A DNA stretch of 64,000 bases from Kondoa subrosea (lineage: Eukaryota): assembly GCA_039545335.1 (NCBI GenBank), contig BCIN01000007.1, positions 372,001 through 436,000 on the forward strand, written 5' to 3'. Positions within the stretch are counted from its first letter, which is position 1. Each line of letters begins with the position of its first letter. Positions 23,013 through 35,730 of this stretch are shown here, in pieces. The position numbers and the translations under genes were made by a program. The notes below the pieces were generated by a model, which did not search any database, had not been told where the DNA came from, and saw only the letters and a program-made list of their open reading frames with translations.

Positions 23013-26000
23013 CTATTCCTGCGATCTAAAGTCTGTTGAAGCAAGTTCCGCAAATTTACCGCCTCTTTGCATCAAATCGGCAGGAGACCCTTGTTCAACA
23101 ATTTGACCCTATCAAACAGTGAGCATACGCTCGAGAGCAGAAAGATGCAATGTCACCTCGTTCATGACAATGATCAAGTCCATCTGCATGATCGTCGAAA
23201 TACGATGAGCGATAACAAGCATAGTCGTGCCCGTTGTGTTTCGCAAAGCGTCTTGCATTGCTTTATCAGTTTCATTGTCTGTGCTCGAAGAAGCTTCATC
23301 AAGACACAGAATCTTGCATTTACGTAAATAAGCTCGAGTCAAGGCCAGTAGCTGCTTTTGTCCTTGAGATATAGAGCCACCCTAATACGGAGAGAATCAA
23401 AGCGAGCCTGCATGCGCCACAGAAGGGAACGTACATGGGTTACAACTTGATGATCAAGCTTACCAGGCAGCCCTTCGACCATTGTATGAGCTCCTGTGAC
23501 TTGAAGTGCATCCCAGATCTCTACATCAGTCTTGATCCCTTCAATATCGAGGTTTTCCCTTATTGTTGTTTCAAGCAATAGCGGTTCTGAGCGAGAGTCG
23601 ATTCAGTCAAATACAGGTGCGCAACATAGATTGCTTACCTTGTGGAATGATCGACATGCTCCTGCGCAAATCATACCGAGACATGGACGTAATATCTTTC
23701 CCGTCGACAAAAATACTCCCGCCTTGCTCGAGGTCAACCAATCGAAACAATGCTGCCAGAAGTGAGGACTTTCCTGAACCGGTTCTTCCACCTATCATCA
23801 TATAAACCTATGACCATATCTTGCGCAGAAAGTACATACAGATGCCTATTCTTTGGCCAGCCTCGATCTCTAGATTAATTTCGCGGACAGCAGGTTCAGC
23901 GCCGTATGAGTAGCGAATAGTAACGTTTTGCATGGATATTTTGCCCTCTTCAACTTCGAAAGTACTAGCTTCTTCTGTCAAAGCACTGATCCGGTGATCT
24001 TCCTTTGGAAGATCCGAAATCGAGCTAATGCGCCCAAGGTTGACGGAATGTGCTTCCAACGAGGTCAATTTGATGAAGAAGGTAGAGACAAGGTATGTGC
24101 TTGTACAGACTTGAATTAGGCCAATACCAAGGAGAGGATTCTTTGTTTGCCGAAAGATGACCGCTGACAAGATGAAGCTCATAGTGACAAGCGAAATCTA
24201 CAAATCCTGTGAGCTCATGCAAATGGCTTCACAATCAACTAACTTACAAAAAAGCTGAGTATCAAGTAGTAAAATTGAGATCCTATGCCAAGCAAGATCG
24301 TAGGTGTCTGTGCATCAGCGATTGCGTAGTCTGTCTTCTCGATGATTTGGTCTTGTCTTCCTAAACCTCGAAGGGTTCGCAAACCATCGATCTGGCGCGT
24401 GATCAACATTGAGATAGTCCCAACAACATGTGACTGACTTGGGATACTCCCGCGATGGCAGAATAGATTGGAGTCTTAGCAGCTGCTTGTAAAGAGCGTA
24501 ACTGCTTCGAGGTCACAGCATACAGGCGAGCAGAGAATAAGCCAACGACAATTATGCAGGCATAGATGAGGATCGACCAGCGTGTAATGAAGAATGCCAC
24601 ACTAAAATGCCAATAAGAGACGATGGCAGCATAGGATAGAGGTCTTACACGATGTGCGGAATGAATTCCACCATGTTTCCTATACCTGGACCAAATTCCT
24701 CATTGAAATGCCTTCGTAGACTAGCACGTCGCTGGAATGGATTTGAGCTGGATTCTAGGCAAAGAGGTAGAGGCATACGAAGAGAAGCGATTCACCAACA
24801 GCGCGGGTGTGAACTGCTGTATCTTCTGCATGCTAGTGTTGAGTAATCCAGCAATCTGCTTTTTGTGCACGACAGTGACTGCTTGAACGGGCTGCTGAAG
24901 CATTAGAAGTGACTCGATATCTTCGGCTGACTGACCAAAGCTACAACCCAGAAATACCACCAGCATATTTGAGATACCATGAAAGCCAATCCCAAAGCAA
25001 GCCATCCAAGAAGCCATCGTGAATTCAGGAAGTCGTCGGACAATGACCAATATCTCAAAAACGCCGCGAAACCGAAAGCCTCCACTCTTTTGAAATGAAA
25101 AAAGACAAGAGAAGTGTCTTAATTTCAGCTGTTGCACATACGTCCACAAGTGCTCACAAATTCGCAGGAAACTGAGCCGCTAGACTCAAAGAAGAAAGAG
25201 TTGCTCCAGCAGCTTTCAAATGCATTGCCACCCCCGTCCGTAAACTGCCTGTCGGTGCAGAAGCTTCTTGGTCGACCGATTTGACGTCTTCGGTAACAGG
25301 TTCTTCCTTCGTAGTCGGGCTAGAAAGAAGTTCCTTCTTCGCTTCACACTCTGGCGAAGGTAATATTCCAGCAAACGTTGCGGGCGCGCCTTCGCGAAGC
25401 ACTGTCTTGCCTTGCAGCTGGATTACATGATCGGCAAAAGCGAGTAGCTTGTGGTCATTTGTGACTAGAGCGACCGTCATTCCGTTGAAGACACCTTGCT
25501 GTCCAAATAGATTGCTGAAGATGTGCGATGCCGTTATATTGTCAAGAGCGGAAAATATGTCCTATTACGACAGGCCTTAGTCAAGCTCAAAGATTCAGCT
25601 CGCTGAGACAAACATCAAGAAGTACAAAGGATGATTTGGCGTAAATTGCCCGTGCAAGTGCCTATTTAGCATTCAGTTTTGATTCAAGCTCGCTGAAGGA
25701 TTACCTTACCACTCGAGCTCGTTGGCCTCCGCTAAGACAAGATGACGGTACTTCATTATCAGCCATAAGACCTATATCCGTATGCAGTTCACAGGTGTCC
25801 AAAACCTTCCTATACCAAGTATCATCGTAAGCCGATAGGAAAACTATGTTCTCGCGCATGGTCTCGAAAGGTAGATAGGTTGTTTGAGAAGCGTATGCTA
25901 TGGACATTCCTGTAGGAACTGTAGCTTTGCCGGCAAGGAGCTCGACTTCGTCCATCATGGCATGCAATAATGTTGATTTGCCAGATGCAACGGGACCGAT

Positions 26001-28179
26001 GATTATAGTCAGTTTATTTTGAGGTACATGAGCGTTGACATCTTTGAGAAAGGAACCTTCGTCCCGGAAGCCAAAACTGGCTTGGGAGAATATGATATCC
26101 TGATCCAGTTCGCGCTTAAGGCATGATATATCTTTGAGCGCTTTTTCTTCGGAGAGGATGAAAGTTTCAATACGTTGCAAGCTTGAGAGCGCTGTCATAG
26201 CCTTGCTGACCGTCCATGCGACATCCCAGAACGCATCCGTCGTAGCTTGCAAAACATTCAAAGCGGCAAAGACTGAAGCGTAGCTAAAGCTGGCCGGATG
26301 TTTTCTGGACGACAGAGCAAAGAGAACGAAAGTTCCACAGTAGAAAGAGATATATGCGAAGTTGTTGAAAATTCCGGTATGAAACCATCTAGTCTTGAAC
26401 TCGCGCTGCAGAGACAACGTCAGCTCTTGACTACAATTGATGAAGCCTAGATTCACCTGATATTGTAGCTCTTCATCGCGTATGTCCATATACTTGGAAA
26501 GGATCGGTATTTCATAAGCTTGGAACTTGATCGCTTTCACTGGCAGGAGAGCAGATTCCGTCAGCGCGCAAAGTAGCAGAAATCAACTCACATACTGCAG
26601 TGTATTATCTGTCACTCGGCATCAGTCCTTCATGTCAGCATGCAATAGAAAAGCCTCACCGAAGAAATCAGCTTAACGCGACGATCTGACGCTTCGCTCC
26701 ATTTCGTTTGATCCGGAATCAATCTCTTGCTGACTAGTGGGATGACTGTCAAGAGGACCAACCATCCGAAAAGAACACCTAATGCTGCGAGACCGAATAT
26801 CTGCGATAAGATCGGCAGACCCAGAAGAACGAGTAGCAAGAACAAAAGCGATAGATAAGGCAGAGCAACAATGGCAGCAATCCTTTCCACGTCGGCTGCG
26901 AAAAAATGAGAAATAGTTCAAGCCGACATAGTCTGTACTGACTTGACATGTAAGAGCTCAATGCGCCAGATCCGATTTTTCTCGCTGTATGCCCGCTGAT
27001 CCGCAAGCCTTTACGAAAGATGATTCCTTGTACTAATCGCAAGTCAGCAATATAGCAGTATAGTCAAGCACATACTCACGAAGTGTTTGCAACCGCGCTG
27101 TCAACTTGAGTCGCAAAACATTGTGCGCAGACATGAAAAGAGCATTCCCAAATAGAGCTATTCCGTAGCCTACAACGAGTGCATAGCCTATTTGGACAGG
27201 TTCTTCGACAGCTTCCGTCTGCCAGGAATTCAAGAATTGAAACAATCTTTGAAGAAGTAAAGGGGTTGACATCCTTAACAAGGCGACGATGCAGATAGGT
27301 AAAGCTGGAAGTAATAAATTGGTGCCCAGAACACGGATCAAAGATCGAGTGATAGGATGTTGCCTGTGCTGATACGATTCCCAAACCATATTGAAACGCT
27401 CCACATCTTTCTTGACCAAAGCTGGATCTTGGCTTCGACCCAAATCAGCTAGCTTGATTGCTCCTCTGTAGCCGAGAACAAGATAATGCGTGAACCAGAG
27501 GAGAATGATACGCGATATGAAAGGTGCTGTAGCTTCAACCAGACTAGCATTCTATAATCAGATGTCAGCATTTTTAGTCCCGGATACTGACAAGACTGAC
27601 CTTTGTGTCGATATAAGGCAAGAGTATATCCTTCTTACTGATGTTTTCGCAAATGAACAGGCCAAGCTTGCCCAAAATGATGATACAAATCCAAGGGCTG
27701 TCGAGATTGAGCCAAGATTTCGAGGCTACTTCAATCGCGCCATAGGTACGCAAACTTATCAAATCGGCAAATAAAGAGAAGAGTAAGTAGACTGAAGCAA
27801 TGCAACTACTGGAGAGCGTCTTGTAGTGCTCATACCATATCAGAACAGCCAAATGCAGCACCGCCAGCACATTGGCTAGTTGACCAATCTTAACCAAAGC
27901 ACTTAAATCCCAAGTCACTGTGCTGAATGCCAAGGTGACTGCACTGCCGACCGCTACCAATGTTGGAAATGCATAGATCTTGCAAGTAAGCAGGAATGAT
28001 CTGGCTCTGATTTTATCGTCTTGTTTGGCCAGAAATGGTACGCGTAGCCACGTAGCGAAGATGAAGAGGCTGGCTGGTAGGATAGACAGGAACACAGCTT
28101 CCTGGGCGAAAGTGAAGTCGAATACTCGACATTCGCTCGGCCTAAAAGGCAGATTAAGATCATCATGACAGAGGAGCAT
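23013..28179 (-). CDS. ABCC/MRP-type ABC transporter (TMD0-TMD1-NBD1-TMD2-NBD2)
   Basis: NBD1 has GPVASGKST and [12 protein letters not shown]2 has [27 protein letters not shown] and IAHRISTI. The N-terminus reads [19 protein letters not shown], followed by multiple TM exons. Confidence 0.92.
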
Positions 28180-29006
28180 GATGAGCGAGCTAAAGGGAGA
28201 AAGAGGGCAGCAAAAAGAGGGAGAAAGCAAACGTAAAAACAAAGGACCGTTCGAACACAGCTTCGAACAGTCATGGTGTTACATCGCTCACAAGGTCTAC
28301 AAAGACGGACAAAGAGTAGCGTGTACTGCAGCAGAATGCCCAGTGTGCTTTGCAAGGCAAAGTTCGATACGAGAGATGCTTGTTGCTGGCGAACGAGCCT
28401 CGAAAACAAAGATACAGCTGCTGTGCTGATGCGCTCTCTCAAGGCATTGGACAGTCACTGAACACCTCTAAGCGCGCTGAGACTCCTGTTGTTCAAGACT
28501 TTGCAATGGCTGCCCAACTATCGATCGAAGTCTGGCATGCTCGACGATTGATGTGCTCAAAGAGCCTGAACGGAGAGCAAGTCCCGAACCAGTCCTTAGG
28601 AGCAGCTTGTATCCCGGAGGCAGCCCTTCAGACGAATCTCTTTCAACGTTTCTCTGATCTAGTTCTGCAAGGGTAGCATCTTCGCAACCGGGTCTTATTG
28701 TGACTTGGTGCTTGCCTTGTCCTTGGTCGAATCGTCACTCAAGTATAATGGGTCTTTGGGTTAGTTTGGGAAATGCCTTAAACTAATAGGGAAGCTATCT
28801 ACACTTGAAGTCTATCCCCGCTGTCCTGTTCTATCTTCTTCTCTCTGGAAGAAGCGTAGTTTTGCTAGATGACCAGTTCTACCAACCATGTCCTACAGTT
28901 CAATCTGTTTTTCGTTCCCTTTCAGTTGCAGGAATCTGTTTTCATCTGATATCATTCTTCTTCTGTAAATTTCGAGGAGTCTTTACCTCTCAATTCGCTA
29001 TCAAAG

Positions 29007-30772
29007 ATGGCATCGATTGACCATGGAACGCGTGAGTCAGCATTTACGGCCCAGACAATCGAGTCTAACAATGTTATCAGAGATCTACGCAGAAGGTGAC
29101 ATAGCGCAATGTAATTGAGTCTCGAGATCTCGAGTCTGTTCGATTGACGCCATTACAGGGTTGTATAATGGGTATCGTTGGCTTGGATACAGACCTGCTG
29201 GATTCTCTGGCGTTATCAATCAGCAAGCTGTCCCGCAGGGATATAGGATCGAGAGTGAGCTGACCTTTGCCTGAAGAAAAGCGGGTATTGACGCTGGCAG
29301 GATAGAGAGAACTGATGAAATATCCCGGGAAGTACATTACTTCGCAAGTACAGGCCCTGGTAGTTACATCCCGGTGCCGCATGGTATGTCTTGCTTCAAT
29401 AATATGCCACAGAAAGCCTGACGAGTTCTCTCTCGTGTCCTGTAGCCGCTTTCGTTGCTTACGGCAAATACAGGCTAGAGAAGAACAAATACACTAACGA
29501 TGAAGCAGGTGAGCTTTACTCTACTGCTAAAATACTTCTTCTCATGCAGTTGCTGGCAGGATTGCTCTCTACGAACCAAAGCAGTCAAAGCAACGCGCTC
29601 AAAGCTGGCGCATTTACTCGAATTGTACCGTCTCGTAAGACCCGTTTTTGATGTCAATAGAATCCTGATTGGCTTCGCAGATGTAGCCTCGTTTGGGCCA
29701 GGAGTCTACAGTGAGCTAGTCTTGGAGCCTTTTCCCATTTACGTCGGCTGAATGTTAGAGCAGAGTACTATTATAACCATCCGAATGGTGCTCATTGGGG
29801 CTCCTACAACTCCATTGATAAGACACATTGGTTCGATGTTCTTGGACACGAGCATGCGATCGGAGGTAAGGCAAGCTGTGATTATGCGACCTGACTAATG
29901 TTAATCTTTAGTCTATGTGTACAACGGAATGCGTCGCGTAGGCTACATAGACGACAAGGGCGACTTCTGTGACGTCCCTGATCTGAAGACTTCCGGTTTG
30001 TCCAGCTACTTTTCGCTACAAGTCTGTCTGACCCCGTTCTTTGCAGATAACCCTGTCCAGCCTGGTACACAACAAGTAATGAGCAGATCTACCGTATCCA
30101 CTTCGAGTAATCGCACCCCTCATGTGAGTACCTGCAACCGTAACAGTGTCATAAGCTGAGAGAGTTCCTCTCTTGTCCAGCCTGGGGCTAATGCCAGCTC
30201 TGGTTCTACTAACAGTTTGTTACACGCTGTGCTATTTGTTCAGGCTAATAAGTGACTTATTCTTTCCAGATTCTCGTCAGCTTGCGAGCTAGTTTCATTG
30301 AACTCTGGTTGATTTTCTGTGCTCAACGACAGCACCTCAGAATGCTCTGGATCCGAACAATCCCGGACATCTTCAGCAGCTATACGGCATCTTCGAGCGT
30401 ATCGATAATCAGAACAACTTACAAGGAAATCATACGAGTATGTCCAGCTCTCGTCACCTGTGGCCTACAATGCTGACCTTAGGTCTGCAGCTGATCCTTG
30501 GGCGTATGCCAGGCAGTGTGAGCATACTTCGATCCAGATGCTTTGACGACTGCCTGACTTGTCGAGCCAATAGCACAGCACACGACAGCCGGTGCTCCAC
30601 CGGCTCCACCGATGTATCTGTCACTCTTACAGCATCAGCATCAGCAGCAGAATCCACAACCAAATCAGCTTCCTCATTCAGCTAATCACGCGATCCAGCG
30701 AATCCTCAGCAGCAGCAGCAACATCCACACGGTCATCAACATCCACCTCCTGGATGGCACAAGACTCATTGA
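29007..30772 (+). CDS. Orphan micro-exon-rich hypothetical protein with a Q/H/P-rich C-terminus
   Basis: A chain of canonical GT-AG introns links short exons, for example AFVAYGKYRLEKNKYTNDEA, GRIALYEPKQSKQRAQSWRIYSN, YYNHPNGAHWGSYNSIDKTHWFDVLGHEHAIG and VYNGMRRVGYIDDKGDFCDV. The protein ends NPQQQQQHPHGHQHPPPGWHKTH*. Confidence 0.6.
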
Positions 30773-31028
30773 GGTTATTACCCATGCTTGTATTTAGTCT
30801 TACAGTTTAGATCTTCTCAATACACGAACATTCAGTTTCAGACCTCTGTCACAGCGTAAAGTATAATATCGTTCGTCTCCACGGACATGAAGGTTGTCGC
30901 TTGGGCCTTATGCATGATGAGAGGGAAAGAAGGAAGGCTAGATGGAAAGCTCGAGACAGTTGACTAAACACGAAATTGCCAATGCATAAGAAGACTCCCA
31001 GTTCCACGAAACAGGTATGCATATGTGA

Positions 31029-31790
31029 TTACAGCCCTTCGAGTTGAGAAACAACCTGGTTATACAAGCGTCAGCGTTGTTCTGAGTTCCTCGTCCCGCA
31101 ACACAACACACCTCTTCCAATTCGCGTTTAGAAGCCAAGTAGCGCTGCACCCAACTTAAGACAAAACAATACAAAGAAGGAACGTGTACTGACCTCTTGA
31201 GACTCTTCATACTTCTTCTCCCACTGATCTCTCTCAGTTTCGACGCGTTGGACTTGTCGTTCAAAGTGTTCAGCCTTGACATCAACTTGACGCAATCTGG
31301 TTCCAAAACTTCAACATCCCAACACAGTTCTTGAGCACGAGAACACGCACTTATCCGTTGTCTCCCTCAAGTTCTTCTCAGCATTATCCAACTCAGATTC
31401 CAACAGTGAAATCTTTCGATTCAAGCTCTCATTGGTATCTCTGTGAGACGATTCTTCATCCTTGTACACTTTAGCTTCAGCTACTTTAGCTTCAAGTTTC
31501 TCTAAGTCTGATTCCAGAGTTGAAACTTTGTGTTGCAAGGAAGCGACTTCTTGTTCCCTTTGAACGGATTCCTGTTCAAGTGTCTTGTTCTTTGCTTCTG
31601 CCATTTCAGCTCGTTCGAGATTTGCATCTGCTTCTGTGCGTAATTTGGCTAAGGTCTGCAGCAAGGGGTCAGAAGGGTTGTGAAGTAGAGACGTGTAGAA
31701 TTGGACGAACAGCTTTGATCTTGTCCTATCGAGTAAGAGGGGTCAGAACTGATTGCAGAGCAGCGGAGTAGCCTTAGGTAGACATACCAT
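31029..31790 (-). CDS. TPM1: Tropomyosin (fungal Tpm/Cdc8 type)
   Basis: The first coding exon is only ATG. The protein then reads DKIKA|TLAKLRTEADANLERAE...LRETTDK|LRQVDVKAEHFERQV...WEKKYEE...VVSQLEGL*, a coiled coil. Confidence 0.92.
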
Positions 31791-31998
31791 GTTGTCTGAG
31801 AGTGTCTAGAGGTGTCGAGACGAAAGAGGACAGTCGCTGCTTCAAGTCAAGCTTATCAAGGAGCGCGTCAAGTGACTTGACATAATGCGTGGCAAGGCAG
31901 TCGCTACTTAGTACAGCTATGCACAGCTAGGTTACACACTTGGCCAGACTGCCTATAGTACATTCGCTAGTCCAATCCATAGTACGTCCCGATTTCAC

Positions 31999-34772
31999 TT
32001 AAACCCGGTCGACATAGCTTACATTGTAGCCTGACTTGCTATGGGTCGTATCCACAGAGGAGTTGCCAACGACTGCAGCACATAGAAGCATGAACATCGA
32101 GGAAAAGACAGCTGTTCAGGAGATGGAGACATACATTCGTCTATCCATCTAAAGACTTCTTTATGCCATTGCAACGAGTTCTATTCGCACATCGCATCAA
32201 TCATCTGAACCCGAAGATGTACAGGAGAACAACTCACAAGTGGATTCAATACCCAATGATTCTCGCTCTCAAAGTAAACAAACCTAGATTGAACACCAAG
32301 TTTCTGCAAAGTATTGAAAGCGCCTAAAGCTTGCGTTTCTGGTAATCTGTAATCCCGACCTCCTTGAATTAGTAAAGTAGGAGTTTTCCAATTCGCAATA
32401 TGATTCTTTGGGTTCCATTTATTGTAGACTGTAGGGTTATCGAAAGGCGCTCCGTTGAAATCATGCTCTGGACGTAGTAATTAGTCATAATGTACGCGAG
32501 TGGAAACAAGAAATAGATATACCTGGAAAGTAAAGCTCTTCGGCGCTGTACCAGACTTCGTTGGTATCGAAAACTCCGTCATGATTGACAAGAGCCTTGA
32601 AACCAAAAGCATCATTATGGCCTGTCAGGATGTTTCAGCGAATATTATAGTTGCGATTACTTAGAAACTGACCATTGATCCAGTTGATCATCTTCAACAG
32701 TCATCAGAACATGTTCCACCAAATGAGCCAGTAGGGAATACTCACATATCCACCATAAGAAGCACCAAGAGCAACAGTGCGATCTCGATCAATCTCCTCA
32801 AACTCTCCAAGCACATACTGATATCCAGCCAGGAGATCTTGATAAGGTAAACCACCCCATTGTTCTTTAATCCCATCAGTGAATTCCTGTCCATAGGAAG
32901 TACTTCCGGTTGGATCGATTAAAATAACAACATATCCTTGAGAAGCGAAAAGCAAAGGGTTCCATCGATTTGACCACGCATCATCCCAACTACCTTGAGG
33001 TCCACCATGAATCAAGAAAGCCATTGGCCATTTTCCTTTCTGTTTATCTTTACTAGCATTCTTCTCCTTCATGGCGCTGGCGAGAGCAGGTGGTCGAAGA
33101 ATCCAGCCATGCACTTTTTGATCAGGATAAGCACCATCGAACCAGAATTCTTCAGGTTTAGATGGTTCTGGATTCAGATGAGCAAAGTGTTGAGCTGCTA
33201 ATCTGGACAGCGGCTTAACATCATTCAAAGCGGTATCGAGGAGATGAATTTCAGTCGGATGAAGCATTGAAGAAATGGACAAAAGTAGTCGAGAAGATGG
33301 ACTTCCAGTCGAGGAAGATTGGGTCACAGGAGTAGAGATGACTTCCACCTTTGATACTGCTTCTTCATGCGTTAAAGCGATCGGATCTTGCTTTGACCCT
33401 AAATCCAACTTGAAGACTTTCACTCGAGCTGTATCTTCAGCCAAAAGATACAACGATTTCCCATCTTCAGACCATGTGAGACTCGTAGGTGAGCGATCCC
33501 AATTCTCAGCTAAGCAGGTTCGAGTACTACTAGCAAAATCGTAAATCATTATTCGATTTCGATCGGCTTCATAACCATCTTCTTTCATTTGCAACCAGGC
33601 TATACGTCCTTTGATCGTTGAATCATTTGAAGCTAGCTTGAATTCAGGTGAGAAAGCGGGCGAACTGGTTGCACCAAATGGTCGAACAGTCAAAGCTTTA
33701 GGTGTTTTCTCATCTCCGTTCTTTGGATGCAAAGGAACACAGTAAATCGATTGACTAGTATGTAAAGCAGGGTTCAGATTGGGCGTTTTGGCCGTAAAGA
33801 CTAAATGAGTGGAAGAGATATCGAAATCGCTTGATGAGCCAAACGCTCCCACAGGTGATACAAGAGTTGTGTCAGCCATTGGACTGTGGATCTTGCCTTT
33901 CATTATCCATTGTTTCGGTTCTTCCTCATCTGCTGAAGAAACGGATTGCAAGGAAGGGGAAGATGGAGCTGAAGCAGTGCTACATTTTGTAGCGCGCTTG
34001 GCGAGGTGAATAACTTGGATTTGTTTGATCGCTTCGTCGCACCATGTGTCCCTGTCAGAGACTTCAGTTTCTCGGAGCGCGTCACTGCTGTGCCCGTACC
34101 AGTGTCGCACAAATAGCTTGTCATAGACTATAGAGAAGTCTAAGCAGAAGTCCCCACGAAGAAGGAAAGAAACCCCACCTCTGACATCTGAGCCTGCTTT
34201 AGCTTCCTTCAACTTTTTTGCGGCCTCTGGCGCAGAATAGGGCGACCGTTCAGGCGAATAGACCATACACGAGAAAGCGAGCACAGCTTCAGAAGCAGAG
34301 GATACATGGATCTTCAGGTCGGCGATCCTATTAACCGATGAGTTGATACAACCGAGCAGTACTTGCGAACTCACTCGATCGGTAAGTCAGCAACTCGGTA
34401 TTCGGTTTCATCATTAATGTTTCTCGCCCAAAGTTCAACACCTTCGTCTTCTGCATCAGCCCAGACAGCTTTCTGAGCTTTATCGGACAATGAGACATTG
34501 ATTTGAGCTTCTTCCCCGGAATGCTTGATGTATAACAACGTCTCATCATCCAACCATTGCACTTCTGTGTTGCGCAGATTATCGAGCACCAAGCGAGGCT
34601 TTGCTTCTTCCTTTGCTGAAGGGATCTCCGTAACATAGACAGCTTTGGCTGTTCTTTTGGTTTTGAAATCGAATGTGCTCAAAGTCTGAGCGAAGCGCAG
34701 GCCGGAAGGACTCAGAACAGAGGCCGACGGTCTAGGAGCACTCAAGAGGGTTTCTGCATTCAGGCTAGTCAT
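31999..34772 (-). CDS. Dipeptidyl peptidase V-like S9 serine peptidase
   Basis: Motifs LIHGGPQGSW, DPTGSTSYGQEFTD, the nucleophile motif GASYGG, TPTLLIQGGRDYRLP and ENHWVL are present. No signal peptide is evident. Confidence 0.9.
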
Positions 34773-35083
34773 CGTTGATCGTGCAATAGAAGCCCTCCTC
34801 ACATCGCTTCACATGAAAGTCCAGTCTGTGCTATTCTCGTGTGTATGCTATGTTTCCTGTCTGAGAGCTCTAACAATGTCCTTTATTCGTTTGAGATGGA
34901 ATCGCTCAGCTTACGCGTTGTCTCTCGAAGATATCTTCGCGATGAGTGATTCGCGATACAAACTTCTTCTTTTCCCTTTGAATGGCCTGGAATGACTTGA
35001 GCTCGCTCTCATCTCTTTCTCTCTTTCTTCTTCATCGTCCTCTTTACACTCATTCTCCTAATCTTTCCACTTTAACCTCCAGC

Positions 35084-35568
35084 ATGTCATGTAAGTCTAT
35101 GCTATTGTTCATTCACCGTATCTGACAGTAGGTGCATAGCACAAGTATCTAAAGGCGACCGCGAAGCTGAACTCGAAACCCAAATCAAGGAAGAGAGAAT
35201 CGTCAATCGAGCCATTGGCAAGAAAGTTCATGAAGCTTTGACGGCCTGGTCCAAGGAGATGGATGATCATAAGGCTCACGCTATAGCCAAAGAGAACCGT
35301 GAGTCACCTCTACCTCTATGTACGGTGAAGGCAACTGATCAGAGGCAACAGTGGAATATCATCAACAGCTTCTTGATTCTGGTGCTAACATTTGCAAACT
35401 CCGCAATGAGCTACACAAGATCTCTAGTGGTGATAAAGAGCAGGAGTTTGACGATTTCAACAGTACTCAAGTTGAAAGAGAACGTGAGCCATTTTGTTTC
35501 GCTCTCATCAGTAAGAAGCTAATGCTCGTGAAACAGTCGAAACTGGTGTCGATGAGCCTGTGGCTTGA
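35084..35568 (+). CDS. Small hypothetical charged/coiled-coil protein (4 exons)
   Basis: ATG at 35084 is followed by a GTAAGT donor. Exons read SKGDREAELETQIKEERIVNRAIGKKVHEAL..., EYHQQLLDSGANICKLRNELHKI... and LETGVDEPVA*. Confidence 0.55.
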
Positions 35569-35730
35569 TTATTCTCTCCTTTAGGGTTCTGCATTGTATA
35601 GTAGCATTATACACCATCAGCCTGTGTCCCTTCAAAGCAACATCTCTCTTGCTAAATCACTGGCTGCCAAAGCTCTTCGTCTGATCATGCCTCTCTAATG
35701 GAATGCAGACATTGCAGATCATACGCTCTA

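Noticed and set aside
19972..28179. Methyltransferase and ABCC transporter as extra arsenic-cluster members (ArsM or Ycf1)
   Set aside because: They are separated from the cluster by more than 13 kb including MRPS5 and TOR. The methyltransferase is not ArsM/AS3MT-like, and the transporter is not clearly Ycf1.
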